From Thermococcus kodakarensis KOD1 (lineage in GTDB: Archaea; Methanobacteriota_B; Thermococci; Thermococcales; Thermococcaceae): DNA of 32,000 nt. Each line of letters opens with the position of its first letter. Positions within the stretch are counted from its first letter, which is position 1. This document shows, one piece after another, positions 1 to 7,448 of this stretch. The stretch covers positions 1,800,001-1,832,000 of the forward strand of contig NC_006624.1 of assembly GCF_000009965.1 (NCBI RefSeq), read 5' to 3'. The position numbers were made by a program, and so were the translations under genes. The notes under the pieces were generated by a model. That model saw only the letters and a program-made list of their open reading frames with translations. It was not told the DNA's origin and made no database searches.

Positions 1-49
1 GAGTTCCTTCAAGAGATAGGCTAGAAATGGAAAAAGCGGAATAGCGCCA

Positions 50-661
50 TCAGGCAAATGTAACGCTCCTGTCCTTGAGGGAGCGATTGAGCAGGTCGGC
101 GTGCTCGAGGGTGACCTGGTACTCCGCTATCTTCTCGAGCTTGATCTCCTCGCCGTCGAGGAGTATCTTGTTGACGTAGACCTTGCCCTCATCGAAGCCG
201 ACGGTGTAGACGAAGAGATCCTTCTTACCGAGGTACTCCCTGATCTTCTCGTCCTTAAGGGCCTCGGCGAGTCCTCCTGCCGCGAATATCCTGACGTGGA
301 CGACGAATGCTCCAGGAACGTCCTGCTCGGCGAACTGTCTGAGGGTCTCTACGAATATCTTCTTGGTCTCCTCGATCGGGGTCTCACCACCGAACTGGAG
401 GACTGTAACCTGCGGGGCGAACTCCTTGACGCGCTTCGCGATGTCCGCCTCCTTGCCTGCCTCTGCAAGGAAGTGGTAGGTCACTCCTCCGCTGAGGGTT
501 ATGTATGTAGCCTCGGTTGCGGTGGCTATGCTGGAGCAGATTATGTTCCTGCTGGCAACGACGGCAACCTTGTTGAGCCCGAGGTCTGCGAGGGCCTTTC
601 CAACCAGCCTTCCAGTGAGGGCCCTAAGGTAGATTTCCTCCTCAAAGGTCGTCTTCGCCAT
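50..661 (-). CDS. conserved hypothetical protein (203 aa), family not recognised
   Basis: Track ORF 50..676. I trimmed it to the ATG at 661 (MAKTTFEEE...) because GGAGGTG lies 6 nt upstream. Composition looks coding. A T5 run on the minus strand (31-35) follows the stop. Confidence 0.6.
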   Translation of the reverse strand: MAKTTFEEEIYLRALTGRLVGKALADLGLNKVAVVASRNIICSSIATATEATYITLSGGVTYHFLAEAGKEADIAKRVKEFAPQVTVLQFGGETPIEETKKIFVETLRQFAEQDVPGAFVVHVRIFAAGGLAEALKDEKIREYLGKKDLFVYTVGFDEGKVYVNKILLDGEEIKLEKIAEYQVTLEHADLLNRSLKDRSVTFA

Positions 662-964
662 TGGCACCACCTCCAATACCCAGCTATGGGTGTTTGTTCT
701 CGTTATTGTCCAATGCAGTTAAGGAATATAACCTTTTTGGTTCTCCTAATGAACTTTTGTTATCCTAATCACACTTCTTTTTGAACAGATGACAAAATCG
801 AGTCAAAAAATAGCCAAATATTTGACATTTAGACACCACAAATGTGTGGAATCATCACAGTGTCAATCACTCGGGGTGGTACTGCTCTCCTGCTAGAGCT
901 CCGATGGTAGTTCGATAGATAAACTTATAACGTTCGAAAACAACAGAGAAGTGAGGTGATGGAA

Positions 965-1489
965 ATGCTGAGCGAGAGAATGCTGAAGGCCCTGAACGAA
1001 CAGCTTAACAAGGAGCTGTTTTCTGCATACTTCTACTTGGGCATAGCGGCCTACTTCAAGGACATGGGCTTTGACGGCTTCGCCACCTGGATGGAGGCCC
1101 AGGCCGAGGAGGAGCTTGGACACGCCATGAGGTTCTACGACTACATCTTCGACAGGGGCGGCAAGGTAGAGCTTGAGAAGATTGAGAAGCCCAAGCAGAC
1201 CTTCGAGAGCCCGCTGAAGGCCTTCGAGGCTGTGTACCTCCACGAGGTTGGGGTTACTCAGTCGATATTCAAGCTCGTCGAACTTGCCCAGGAGGAGAAA
1301 GACCACGCTACCTACCAGTTCCTCCAGTGGTTCGTCGAGGAGCAGGTCGAGGAGGAGGCCAGCACGAAGGCGATAGTCGACAAGCTCAAGATAATCGGCG
1401 ACAACCCCCAGGGCCTCTTCATGCTCGACAGGGAGCTTGGAGCCAGGGCGCCGAAGCTCAGGGCACTGCTCACTCAGAAGGGTGAGTGA
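965..1489 (+). CDS. ftn: ferritin (non-haem Ftn, 174 aa)
   Basis: [25 protein letters not shown]...[13 protein letters not shown]...[11 protein letters not shown] carries the ferroxidase-centre Glu/His pattern and closely matches the Pyrococcus ferritin N-terminus as I recall it. Start moved from 956 to ATG 965, which has GAGGTGA 5 nt upstream. Confidence 0.93.
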   Translation: MLSERMLKALNEQLNKELFSAYFYLGIAAYFKDMGFDGFATWMEAQAEEELGHAMRFYDYIFDRGGKVELEKIEKPKQTFESPLKAFEAVYLHEVGVTQSIFKLVELAQEEKDHATYQFLQWFVEEQVEEEASTKAIVDKLKIIGDNPQGLFMLDRELGARAPKLRALLTQKGE

Positions 1490-1509
1490 TTCTTGTTTTC
1501 TCTTCCTAG

Positions 1510-1515
1510 TTTTTT
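1510..1515 (+). terminator. oligo-T (T6) termination signal after ferritin, inside the TCTTCCT...AGGAAGA inverted repeat
   Basis: A T6 run lies 21 nt after the ferritin stop. Archaeal RNA polymerase terminates at oligo-T tracts. Confidence 0.5.
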
Positions 1516-1594
1516 GAGGAAGAACTTCCAGAGAAGGAAGATGATGAGGTAGTTCTCTTATGAAACCGTTAGAATGAGGCCCAAAATGTACAAC

Positions 1595-1600
1595 AAAAAA
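1595..1600 (-). terminator. oligo-T (T6 on the minus strand) after hypD
   Basis: The A6 run on the plus strand reads as T6 on the minus strand, 9 nt downstream of the hypD stop. Confidence 0.5.
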
Positions 1601-1608
1601 TAAGGAAG

Positions 1609-2727
1609 TCAGAACAGCACGCCGTACTTGTAGAATATCTGGCATGTTCCTTCGTAGGACACCATGCACGGCCCGACCGGGTGTCTCGGCGTGCAGGTCT
1701 TTCCGAAGAGGGGGCAGTCAGTAGGTAAAGCCAGTCCCCTCAGCACGGCGCCGCAGCGGCAGCCCTTTTCGAGGTCGGGCAGGTTCTTGGGAACCTCTAC
1801 TTTGTAGAAGCTCCTTATCTCGAAATCCTTCCACTCCTTCCTCAGCTCGAGGCCGCTCTTCGGGAAAACGCCGAGGGCACGCCACTTGGCATCGACGACC
1901 TCGAAGAACTTGTCTATCATCTTCTGGGCGACCACGTTGCCTTCGTACTTGACAGCCCGCTCGTACTCGTTGATTATCCTCGCCTCGCCTTCCTTGTACA
2001 TCCTGATGAGCATAAGAATCGCCATGAGGACGTCGTTCGGCTCGAAGCCCGCGACGACCTGAGGGATACCATACTTTTCTGTCAGGTACTCCCAGCCCTT
2101 CACTCCGATTATCGTGGAGACGTGACCAGGGGCTATGAGGCCCTGAAAGACCGTGCCCTGCTTGAGGAGCACCTCAACGGCTGGCGGGGTTAGCCTGTGG
2201 ACGGAGTATATCTTGAAGTTCTCAAGCTCCTCTTGGGCGGCGACGTTGAGCATTCCGGCCGCTGGAGCGGTTGTCGTCTCAAAGCCCGGCGAGAAGTGGA
2301 CGACGGTTTTGTCCGGGTTCTCCTTGGCGATTCTGTAGGTGTCAAAGATACCATAGACGATTCTGACATCAAAGCCCTCACTCTTTAAGTCGGCGAAGCT
2401 CCCCATCGGCGTCGGGATCTTGTACATGTCGCCGAAGGTCGTCAGGATTATCTCTTCTCCCTCTTCCCGGGCTTTCCTCATGATGAGCTGCATCGCCACG
2501 ATGTCCTCAACCGGTGTTATGCAGACCGGACAGCCCGGCCCGCTGACGACCTTAACGTTCTCCGGAAGAAGCGAGCGGATTCCGTGCCTCGTTACCGTGT
2601 CCTCATGGGTTCCGCAGACGTGCATTATCCTGATTTCACCGTCGAGGGTCTTCGCTTCCTCTCTGATCTTTTCAACGAGTTTCATGGCCACCTCACGCGA
2701 GCGGTAGGCCTCAAAGGGCTCCTCCAT
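1609..2727 (-). CDS. hypD: [NiFe]-hydrogenase maturation protein HypD
   Basis: 372 aa with the HypD motifs CGTHE, GPGCPVC and PGHVS plus a C-terminal Cys cluster (CRCG...CPLFGKTCTP...PCMVSYEGTC). The start overlaps the hypC stop (TGATG). Confidence 0.95.
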   Translation of the reverse strand: MEEPFEAYRSREVAMKLVEKIREEAKTLDGEIRIMHVCGTHEDTVTRHGIRSLLPENVKVVSGPGCPVCITPVEDIVAMQLIMRKAREEGEEIILTTFGDMYKIPTPMGSFADLKSEGFDVRIVYGIFDTYRIAKENPDKTVVHFSPGFETTTAPAAGMLNVAAQEELENFKIYSVHRLTPPAVEVLLKQGTVFQGLIAPGHVSTIIGVKGWEYLTEKYGIPQVVAGFEPNDVLMAILMLIRMYKEGEARIINEYERAVKYEGNVVAQKMIDKFFEVVDAKWRALGVFPKSGLELRKEWKDFEIRSFYKVEVPKNLPDLEKGCRCGAVLRGLALPTDCPLFGKTCTPRHPVGPCMVSYEGTCQIFYKYGVLF

Positions 2728-2954
2728 CAGAACCCCTCCATGGCCTTCTCAACCTCTGCCCAAGCCTCAAGGATTTCCATCGCCTTCTTCTCGTCCAGCT
2801 TCTCTATTGCAAAGCCCGTATGAACGATAACCCAGTCTCCTGGCTTGGTATCTGGCATTAGGTCAAGCCTTACCTCCCTTTTTACTCCCCCAAAATCCAC
2901 GACAGCAACGGGGCCGTTTACCTCAATGACCTTTCCAGGAACTGCAAGGCACAT
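2727..2954 (-). CDS. hypC: [NiFe]-hydrogenase maturation chaperone HypC
   Basis: 75 aa starting MCLAVPGKV, the obligatory Met-Cys N-terminus of the HypC family. GGTGA lies 5 nt before ATG 2954. The track extension to 2981 was rejected. Confidence 0.93.
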
Positions 2955-2995
2955 TTTTCTCACCACTTTAAAGTTGGGCAAGGCTCTTATAGGGC

Positions 2996-3004
2996 TTTTT
3001 TAAA
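2996..3004. promoter_or_regulatory. shared A/T element (TTTTTTAAA) in the 78-bp hypC/mobA divergent region; candidate TATA box for both directions
   Basis: It lies about 29 nt upstream of mobA ATG 3033 (leaderless-type spacing) and about 45 nt upstream of hypC ATG 2954. Confidence 0.45.
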
Positions 3005-3019
3005 CCAGGGGTTTAGAAC
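3003..3019 (-). promoter_or_regulatory. SurR-type box GTTCTAAACCCCTGGTT (GTTn3AACn5GTT)
   Basis: Exact match to the extended SurR consensus on the minus strand. It is upstream of the hypC TATA and lies between the TATA and the start of mobA. Confidence 0.6.
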
Positions 3020-3032
3020 CCCAAACTGTGTG

Positions 3033-3644
3033 ATGACTATGATTGGAGCAGTCTTGGCTGGAGGGAGGGGCAGACGCTTCGGCGGAGACAAGCTCCTATT
3101 CAGGATCAGCGGAAAGCCCCTCCTCCTCTACACCATTGAGAGGCTGGAGCAGGCGGAGAAAATAGACGAGATAGTCTTAGTTGCATCAAAGGAAAACGCG
3201 GAGAAGCTCAGGGATTTTGGGCACGATGTTGTGGTTGATGAGCTGATGATCGGGCCGATGGGTGGGATTTTCACCGCCCTGAGCCTCGGTGACGCCTTTG
3301 TTGTCGCCGGCGATATGCCCCTCCTCGTCCCGGAGTTCATAGACTTCATCGTCGAGCGCTTTGAAGAGGCCAAAAAGCCAGCCTGTGTGCCGAGGTGGAG
3401 CAACGGCTACCTTGAACCGCTCCACGCCGCTTACTCAAGTTCTTTCAGGGATTTTTTGGAGGAGAGGATAAAGTCCAGAAACTACGCTATAAACCAGGCT
3501 ATAAGGGAGAGCGACGCCTGTTACATCGAGATTGAAAAACTGCCAGAGGGCTGGAGGGAGAGCTTCTTCAACGTTAACACGAGGGAGGATTTAAGGAGGC
3601 TCACTCCACTGAGAACCCGAGACAATCCGGATACATTGAGATGA
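3033..3644 (+). CDS. mobA: molybdenum-cofactor guanylyltransferase-like protein (MobA family)
   Basis: [15 protein letters not shown] nucleotide-binding loop and the VVAGDMP motif. The start is ambiguous (GTG 3030, ATG 3033 or ATG 3039). Confidence 0.8.
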   Translation: MTMIGAVLAGGRGRRFGGDKLLFRISGKPLLLYTIERLEQAEKIDEIVLVASKENAEKLRDFGHDVVVDELMIGPMGGIFTALSLGDAFVVAGDMPLLVPEFIDFIVERFEEAKKPACVPRWSNGYLEPLHAAYSSSFRDFLEERIKSRNYAINQAIRESDACYIEIEKLPEGWRESFFNVNTREDLRRLTPLRTRDNPDTLR

Positions 3645-3680
3645 TTTGAGGATGGCTAAAACCAGAAGAGCACGTTGGTA

Positions 3681-3890
3681 TCAACCGCTATTCTTTCTCT
3701 CAAAGAAAGCCCTCCTCCTCGCCCCTATGTCCTTTGCGATCTCTTCAATGTCCTCATTGGTAAGCGTGGAGTTCTTTAAAATATTGTTGAGCTCAGCTAA
3801 TTCTCTGAGCCTTTCTTCCACCAGCTTGGCAAAGCCCCGTGCAATTCTTGGATCGATTCCTGCAGGGACGTGGATTGTTATCGTGCCCAT
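3681..3890 (-). CDS. small hypothetical protein (69 aa), possibly antitoxin/RHH-like
   Basis: MGTITIHVPAG... followed by helical, charged sequence. ATTTAAAA (3920-3927, minus strand) lies about 29 nt upstream of ATG 3890, which suggests its own promoter and a leaderless mRNA. Confidence 0.5.
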   Translation of the reverse strand: MGTITIHVPAGIDPRIARGFAKLVEERLRELAELNNILKNSTLTNEDIEEIAKDIGARRRAFFERKNSG

Positions 3891-3934
3891 CTTAACCACG
3901 ATCAAAAATTTTCACGGAGTTTTAAATAGCTTTC

Positions 3935-4411
3935 TTACTTGTTCTTCAGAATCTCCGCAATCAGCTCAGCCAGCCTCTCCGCCCTTTCCTTTATCAGTTC
4001 GCTCGGCTCCTCAAAGAGGCCCGTCGAACCCGGCTGACAGCCGATGAGGACTATATCGCTCCCCGTTTGCTCTTTAATATAGCTCGCCACAATCCTCAAA
4101 GGAAGCCCGTGGGTCGATACAGCTTCCCCGAGGGTTTTCAGCGGGTCGGCGATTATAAACTCCCCAATCTCACCCCCGAAGTGGATGGCATCAACGAAGA
4201 CCACCAAGTCTGGCTTAAAGGCCGCTATCTTACCGACGTAGCTCTCCGGCATCTCGCCGCAGTTCAGGATGAGAACATCTGGGGTCTTCACCAGCTCCTT
4301 CAGCCTCTCGGCGACGAGAACGCCGAAGGCGTCGTCCCCCCTCACGTCGTTTCCGATCCCGCAGATTACGATCCGCGTCTTCCCGGAGAAGACATCTTCA
4401 AGGACGCTCAT
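3935..4411 (-). CDS. hycI: hydrogenase maturation endopeptidase (HycI/HybD family, peptidase A31)
   Basis: 158 aa with GIGNDVRGDDAFG, VFVDA and STHGLPL motifs. The start is 3 nt after the PIN gene stop. Confidence 0.9.
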   Translation of the reverse strand: MSVLEDVFSGKTRIVICGIGNDVRGDDAFGVLVAERLKELVKTPDVLILNCGEMPESYVGKIAAFKPDLVVFVDAIHFGGEIGEFIIADPLKTLGEAVSTHGLPLRIVASYIKEQTGSDIVLIGCQPGSTGLFEEPSELIKERAERLAELIAEILKNK

Positions 4412-4414
4412 TAT

Positions 4415-4933
4415 TCAATACCCCCTGAAAATTCCTTTCCGGTACAGCTCAATGAATTCCAGCCCCCTGAGGATGTATACCTGAAAGTCTCCTATCTGAA
4501 GTATCTTTTCGTCGTTCCTCATGTCTAAGAGGTCTCGGTCGTACGTGATTATTGCATCCGCGCCGCTTTCGAGGGCGAGCTCAAGCCACTTGTTGTCGCT
4601 TTCATCTTGGCACAGTGACAGTCTCGTTTTGGGCTCAACAAACACGCTGATTTCTTTTATAAGCTTCAAGAGGATGGCTGGGTCTTGGAGTGGATTCCGC
4701 GGGGCAAAGCCCGAGCGAAGCCCCATTATCTTCGGGTGGGCGAACTTCTGCTCAACCTCTTCGAGCGCTTCCTTCGAGATGTAATTCACCACGGCCCTAT
4801 TAAGCATGAGGTTCAGGATAAACGCAACTGCGTTTTTCTCTGGATTCTTGCTGAGGAGAAAAGAAATCCACGCCGAAGTCTCTATCACAACTCTAACCCC
4901 ATCTCCTTCAGCCGCCTCTCGATTTTCTGCCAT
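4415..4933 (-). CDS. PIN-domain protein (PIN_3-like), putative toxin/RNase
   Basis: VRVVIETSAW (beta1, with Glu where the usual Asp sits) ... QDESDNKWLELALESGADAIITYDRDLL, the typical PIN_3 C-terminal signature. GAGGAGG lies 10 nt before ATG 4933. Confidence 0.75.
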   Translation of the reverse strand: MAENREAAEGDGVRVVIETSAWISFLLSKNPEKNAVAFILNLMLNRAVVNYISKEALEEVEQKFAHPKIMGLRSGFAPRNPLQDPAILLKLIKEISVFVEPKTRLSLCQDESDNKWLELALESGADAIITYDRDLLDMRNDEKILQIGDFQVYILRGLEFIELYRKGIFRGY

Positions 4934-5217
4934 TTTTGAATGTCCTCCTCGATTTCATTGAGAGCCTCTTCAAGCCCCTCGGGGGCATCCTCTGTTGGGA
5001 ACTCTACAGGGATTGATTCTGGAATTTGGGCTTCTTTTTCAGCCCTCTCAAGTTTCCCCATGTTCTCCTTCCACTCCATGTAACCGAGAAAGTCTTCAAC
5101 GGTCACACCCAGGGCCTCAGCCAGCTTAAGGACTACCTCAGAAACGAGCAATCTCTTGTCCTTGTCCTCCAGAAGTTTTTCAATGCTGTAGAGTTTGGGG
5201 TTCACGGCCTCGCTCAT
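4885..5217 (-). CDS. putative HTH antitoxin-like partner of the PIN protein (110 aa)
   Basis: LVSEVVLKLAEALGVTVEDFL resembles the C-terminal part of an XRE-type HTH, followed by an acidic tail. It overlaps the PIN gene by 49 nt. ATG 5217 was chosen over the track's TTG at 5265. Confidence 0.55.
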   Translation of the reverse strand: MSEAVNPKLYSIEKLLEDKDKRLLVSEVVLKLAEALGVTVEDFLGYMEWKENMGKLERAEKEAQIPESIPVEFPTEDAPEGLEEALNEIEEDIQKWQKIERRLKEMGLEL

Positions 5218-5242
5218 TGCATTAACGCGTACTCCCCAGGAG

Positions 5243-5250
5243 TATTTTAA
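5243..5250 (-). promoter_or_regulatory. TATA-like TTAAAATA 25 nt upstream of the HTH gene ATG
   Basis: It lies inside the 57-nt gap between the Mrp/MinD ATPase stop and ATG 5217, at leaderless-type spacing. Confidence 0.45.
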
Positions 5251-5274
5251 GCTTTCGAAATTCAAAAATGAAAA

Positions 5275-6021
5275 TCAAAGCCTCCCCGCCAGCTCCCTCA
5301 CCTTCCCGGCGAACTCCGTCTTCATTAGTTCTTCAACGTTCCCAACCTTCGCGTCGAGGTCGGGGTAGAATGGTATGCCGACCAGGTAGGGAACGCCGAA
5401 CTCCTCGGCGAGCTTTTCAACGTCCTTCTCGTCGTCGAGCTGCTCCGAACGGAGTTTCATGTTCTCAACGACGCCGATGACCTTGTGTCCTTCCTCTTTG
5501 AGGAGCTCGATGAGCTTCCTCACGACGTTGAGGGAGAGCTTTGAAGGTGTAGCGACAACGAGAAATTCGCCTCTCTTGAGGAAGCGGAGGACATCCAAGA
5601 GCTGGTCGCCAAGACCTGGCGGCATGTCTATGACGAGGTAGTCCAGCTCGTCCCAGCGGGTTATCGTGAGCAGCTCTATTAGCGCGTCGCTTATCTCCTT
5701 ACCGCGGAGCGGTGTAGGTCTGTCTTCCGTGTAATACGCGATAGTCATGAACTTTATCCCGTGAACAGTCGGCGGAACGACACCTCTGTCCTCCTCGGGG
5801 AACTCCTTGGGCTCAAAGCCGAGGATGACGTGGTCGCTGGCCCCGTGGAAGTCGAGGTCGAGGAGGCCGACCCTGTAGCCCTTCTCAGCCAGGACGAGCG
5901 CGAGAGTAGTTGAGACGAGGGACTTTCCAACACCGCCCTTTCCGCTGACGACCGGGATAATCCGCTTGACTCCCTCAAGCCTCGCGTTTATCGCTATCTC
6001 CCTCGGGTCTATCGCGTTCAT
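5275..6021 (-). CDS. Mrp/MinD-type P-loop ATPase acting as HypB substitute (Ni insertion partner of HypA)
   Basis: SGKGGVGKS deviant Walker A. No CxxC motif. ATGA overlap with the hypA stop. Thermococcales are known to use an Mrp/MinD ATPase in place of GTPase HypB. Confidence 0.9.
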   Translation of the reverse strand: MNAIDPREIAINARLEGVKRIIPVVSGKGGVGKSLVSTTLALVLAEKGYRVGLLDLDFHGASDHVILGFEPKEFPEEDRGVVPPTVHGIKFMTIAYYTEDRPTPLRGKEISDALIELLTITRWDELDYLVIDMPPGLGDQLLDVLRFLKRGEFLVVATPSKLSLNVVRKLIELLKEEGHKVIGVVENMKLRSEQLDDEKDVEKLAEEFGVPYLVGIPFYPDLDAKVGNVEELMKTEFAGKVRELAGRL

Positions 6022-6437
6022 GACCCTCCCTCCTTCTCGATCTTTATTCCAGCAACGTAAACTCCCCTTCCCTTGACGACCTCGAAATCATGACTGCCGC
6101 ACTTCGGGCAGGCGAGGAAGGCGTGGACGACCTCCGGGATGAAGTGGATGTCCTCCTTAATCCTCTCGTCGAACTTATCCTTTACCTCCTTGAGCTTCCA
6201 CTCATAGTTACAATTCCTGCACTTAAAGACGGCCTCTTCCTCGACGAACTCTATTTCAGCACCCTCAGCAATCGTCCCGGCGAAGAGCTGCTCCATCGCG
6301 AACTTCACGATGTCCTCCGCAACGTCCTGGAGTTCCCCAAGAACAACCCTAACCGCCTTCACCCTGCTTGCCCCTTCCCTTTGAGCATAATCTAAGACCG
6401 TCCTTACTATCGCATCGGCAAGCGCCCACTCGTGCAT
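6018..6437 (-). CDS. hypA: [NiFe]-hydrogenase nickel metallochaperone HypA
   Basis: MHEWALA N-terminal Ni site. CRNC...CPKC zinc site. GGTGA lies 5 nt before the ATG. Confidence 0.95.
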   Translation of the reverse strand: MHEWALADAIVRTVLDYAQREGASRVKAVRVVLGELQDVAEDIVKFAMEQLFAGTIAEGAEIEFVEEEAVFKCRNCNYEWKLKEVKDKFDERIKEDIHFIPEVVHAFLACPKCGSHDFEVVKGRGVYVAGIKIEKEGGS

Positions 6438-6482
6438 GGTATCACCGAGTTCCTATTGGAGTGCTACCTTAAAAAGGTCTGA

Positions 6483-6499
6483 GTTTTAAACCATCCGTT
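6483..6499 (+). promoter_or_regulatory. SurR-type box GTTTTAAACCATCCGTT (GTTn3AACn5GTT)
   Basis: Exact extended consensus. It lies immediately upstream (in the hypA direction) of CCTTTTTAAGG (6468-6478), the likely hypA TATA, and overlaps the only strong A/T element available to the divergent CDF gene. Confidence 0.6.
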
Positions 6500-6548
6500 T
6501 ACATAACAAAAATCTTTTGAACGAGTGAACGGAAATCGAAATGAGGGG

Positions 6549-7448
6549 ATGAAAGTGGCCCACCATCACCACGGCGAGCTTAAGGGCAGGATGCTGTTTT
6601 CCTTTGCCCTGAACATCGTGATAACCCTAGCCGAGGTCATCGGTGGTATCCTCTCCGGAAGTTTGGCCCTTCTCAGCGACTCCCTTCACAACTTCAGCGA
6701 TTCAATGAGTATCCTCGCGAGCTATCTCGCCATAAAGATAGGCGAGCGAGAGAAGAACGAGAAGTACACCTTCGGCTACAAGAGGGCTGAGATTTTGGTC
6801 GCGTTCGTTAATTCCGCTGTCCTGGTCGGTGTTGCGCTCTTCCTCCTCGTTGAGGCTTACAAGCGCTTTAAGAACCCAGAGCCAATAGACGGCCCTCTGA
6901 TGCTCGGGGTTGCTCTAATCGGCCTCTTCGCCAACTTAATCTCGGTTCTCCTGCTCCATGAGCACGCCCACGAGAGCATGAACGTCCGCTCCGCCTACCT
7001 GCATCTCCTGAGCGACACGCTCTCTTCGGTTGCGGTCGTGATAGGTGGAATCGCGATAATACGATGGGATGTTCTCTGGATCGATCCCCTCGTCACGGTT
7101 CTAATCTCGGTTTACATCCTCCGCGAGGGCTATGAGATACTGAAGGAGAGCGTGGAGGTGCTCATGGAAGCGGCTCCTGATTTAGATCTTGATGAGATAA
7201 AACGCGAAATCGAGAGTATTCCGGGTATCAGGAACGCCCATCACTTCCACGTATGGCGGATAGGGGAGAAGGAGATCCACTTTGAGTGTCACGTCGAAGT
7301 TAACGACATGCCGATAAGCGAGGCGCAGAGGTTAATAGACGAGATTGAGGAGAGGCTTAAGCGCTTCGGGATAACCCACGTGACGGTTCAGCTCGAGGCT
7401 GGGCGGTGTGAGGATAAAAACACGATCTGCGGTGAGAAAGGTGATTAG
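6549..7448 (+). CDS. cation diffusion facilitator (CDF) metal efflux transporter, CzcD/ZitB-like
   Basis: N-terminal HHHH; six TM segments; LLSDSLHNFSD and HLLSDTLSS metal-site motifs; a C-terminal cytoplasmic domain. The start is uncertain (GTG 6525 or ATG 6549). Confidence 0.85.
   Translation: MKVAHHHHGELKGRMLFSFALNIVITLAEVIGGILSGSLALLSDSLHNFSDSMSILASYLAIKIGEREKNEKYTFGYKRAEILVAFVNSAVLVGVALFLLVEAYKRFKNPEPIDGPLMLGVALIGLFANLISVLLLHEHAHESMNVRSAYLHLLSDTLSSVAVVIGGIAIIRWDVLWIDPLVTVLISVYILREGYEILKESVEVLMEAAPDLDLDEIKREIESIPGIRNAHHFHVWRIGEKEIHFECHVEVNDMPISEAQRLIDEIEERLKRFGITHVTVQLEAGRCEDKNTICGEKGD

Noticed and set aside
101-784. 227-aa plus-strand ORF antisense to the first gene
   Set aside because: A shadow ORF of the better minus-strand gene. 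It is Leu/Arg/Gly-rich with low complexity, has no SD or TATA, and runs on into promoter DNA.
852-858. GUGAUGA (C-box-like) on the minus strand upstream of ferritin
   Set aside because: No D or D' CUGA lies within 60 nt downstream, and there is no terminal stem.
870-915. tRNA-like fragment (GGTAGTTCGATAG resembles a T-arm)
   Set aside because: There is no acceptor stem, D-arm or anticodon arm, and the T-loop consensus GTTCRANYC is not met.
1541-1563. Perfect C box AUGAUGA followed by 12 nt and AUGA in the ferritin/hypD convergent gap
   Set aside because: There is no CUGA D box, no credible C' box and no terminal stem on this strand. The nearby CUGA-CUUCC is on the opposite strand. It is more likely chance within terminator DNA.
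893-1669. 258-aa minus-strand ORF spanning ferritin and the hypD 3' end
   Set aside because: It is antisense to an unmistakable ferritin gene and crosses an intergenic terminator region. This is a typical mirror-frame artefact.
2955-2981. N-terminal extensions offered by the ORF track (hypC to 2981, tfe to 21026, ABC ATPase from 16003, Mrp/NBP35 from 17093, OsmC to 14008, 860-aa gene from 8349, and others)
   Set aside because: Internal starts have proper SD boxes or start/stop coupling and restore canonical N-termini (the MC... of HypC, signal peptides, Walker A spacing). The extensions run through promoters or upstream genes.
3646-4528. Plus-strand ORFs of 133 aa and 153 aa (and 71 aa) opposite the small gene, hycI and PIN
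   Set aside because: They are antisense to genes with clear family motifs, have Ser/Pro/Arg-rich composition and lack translation signals.
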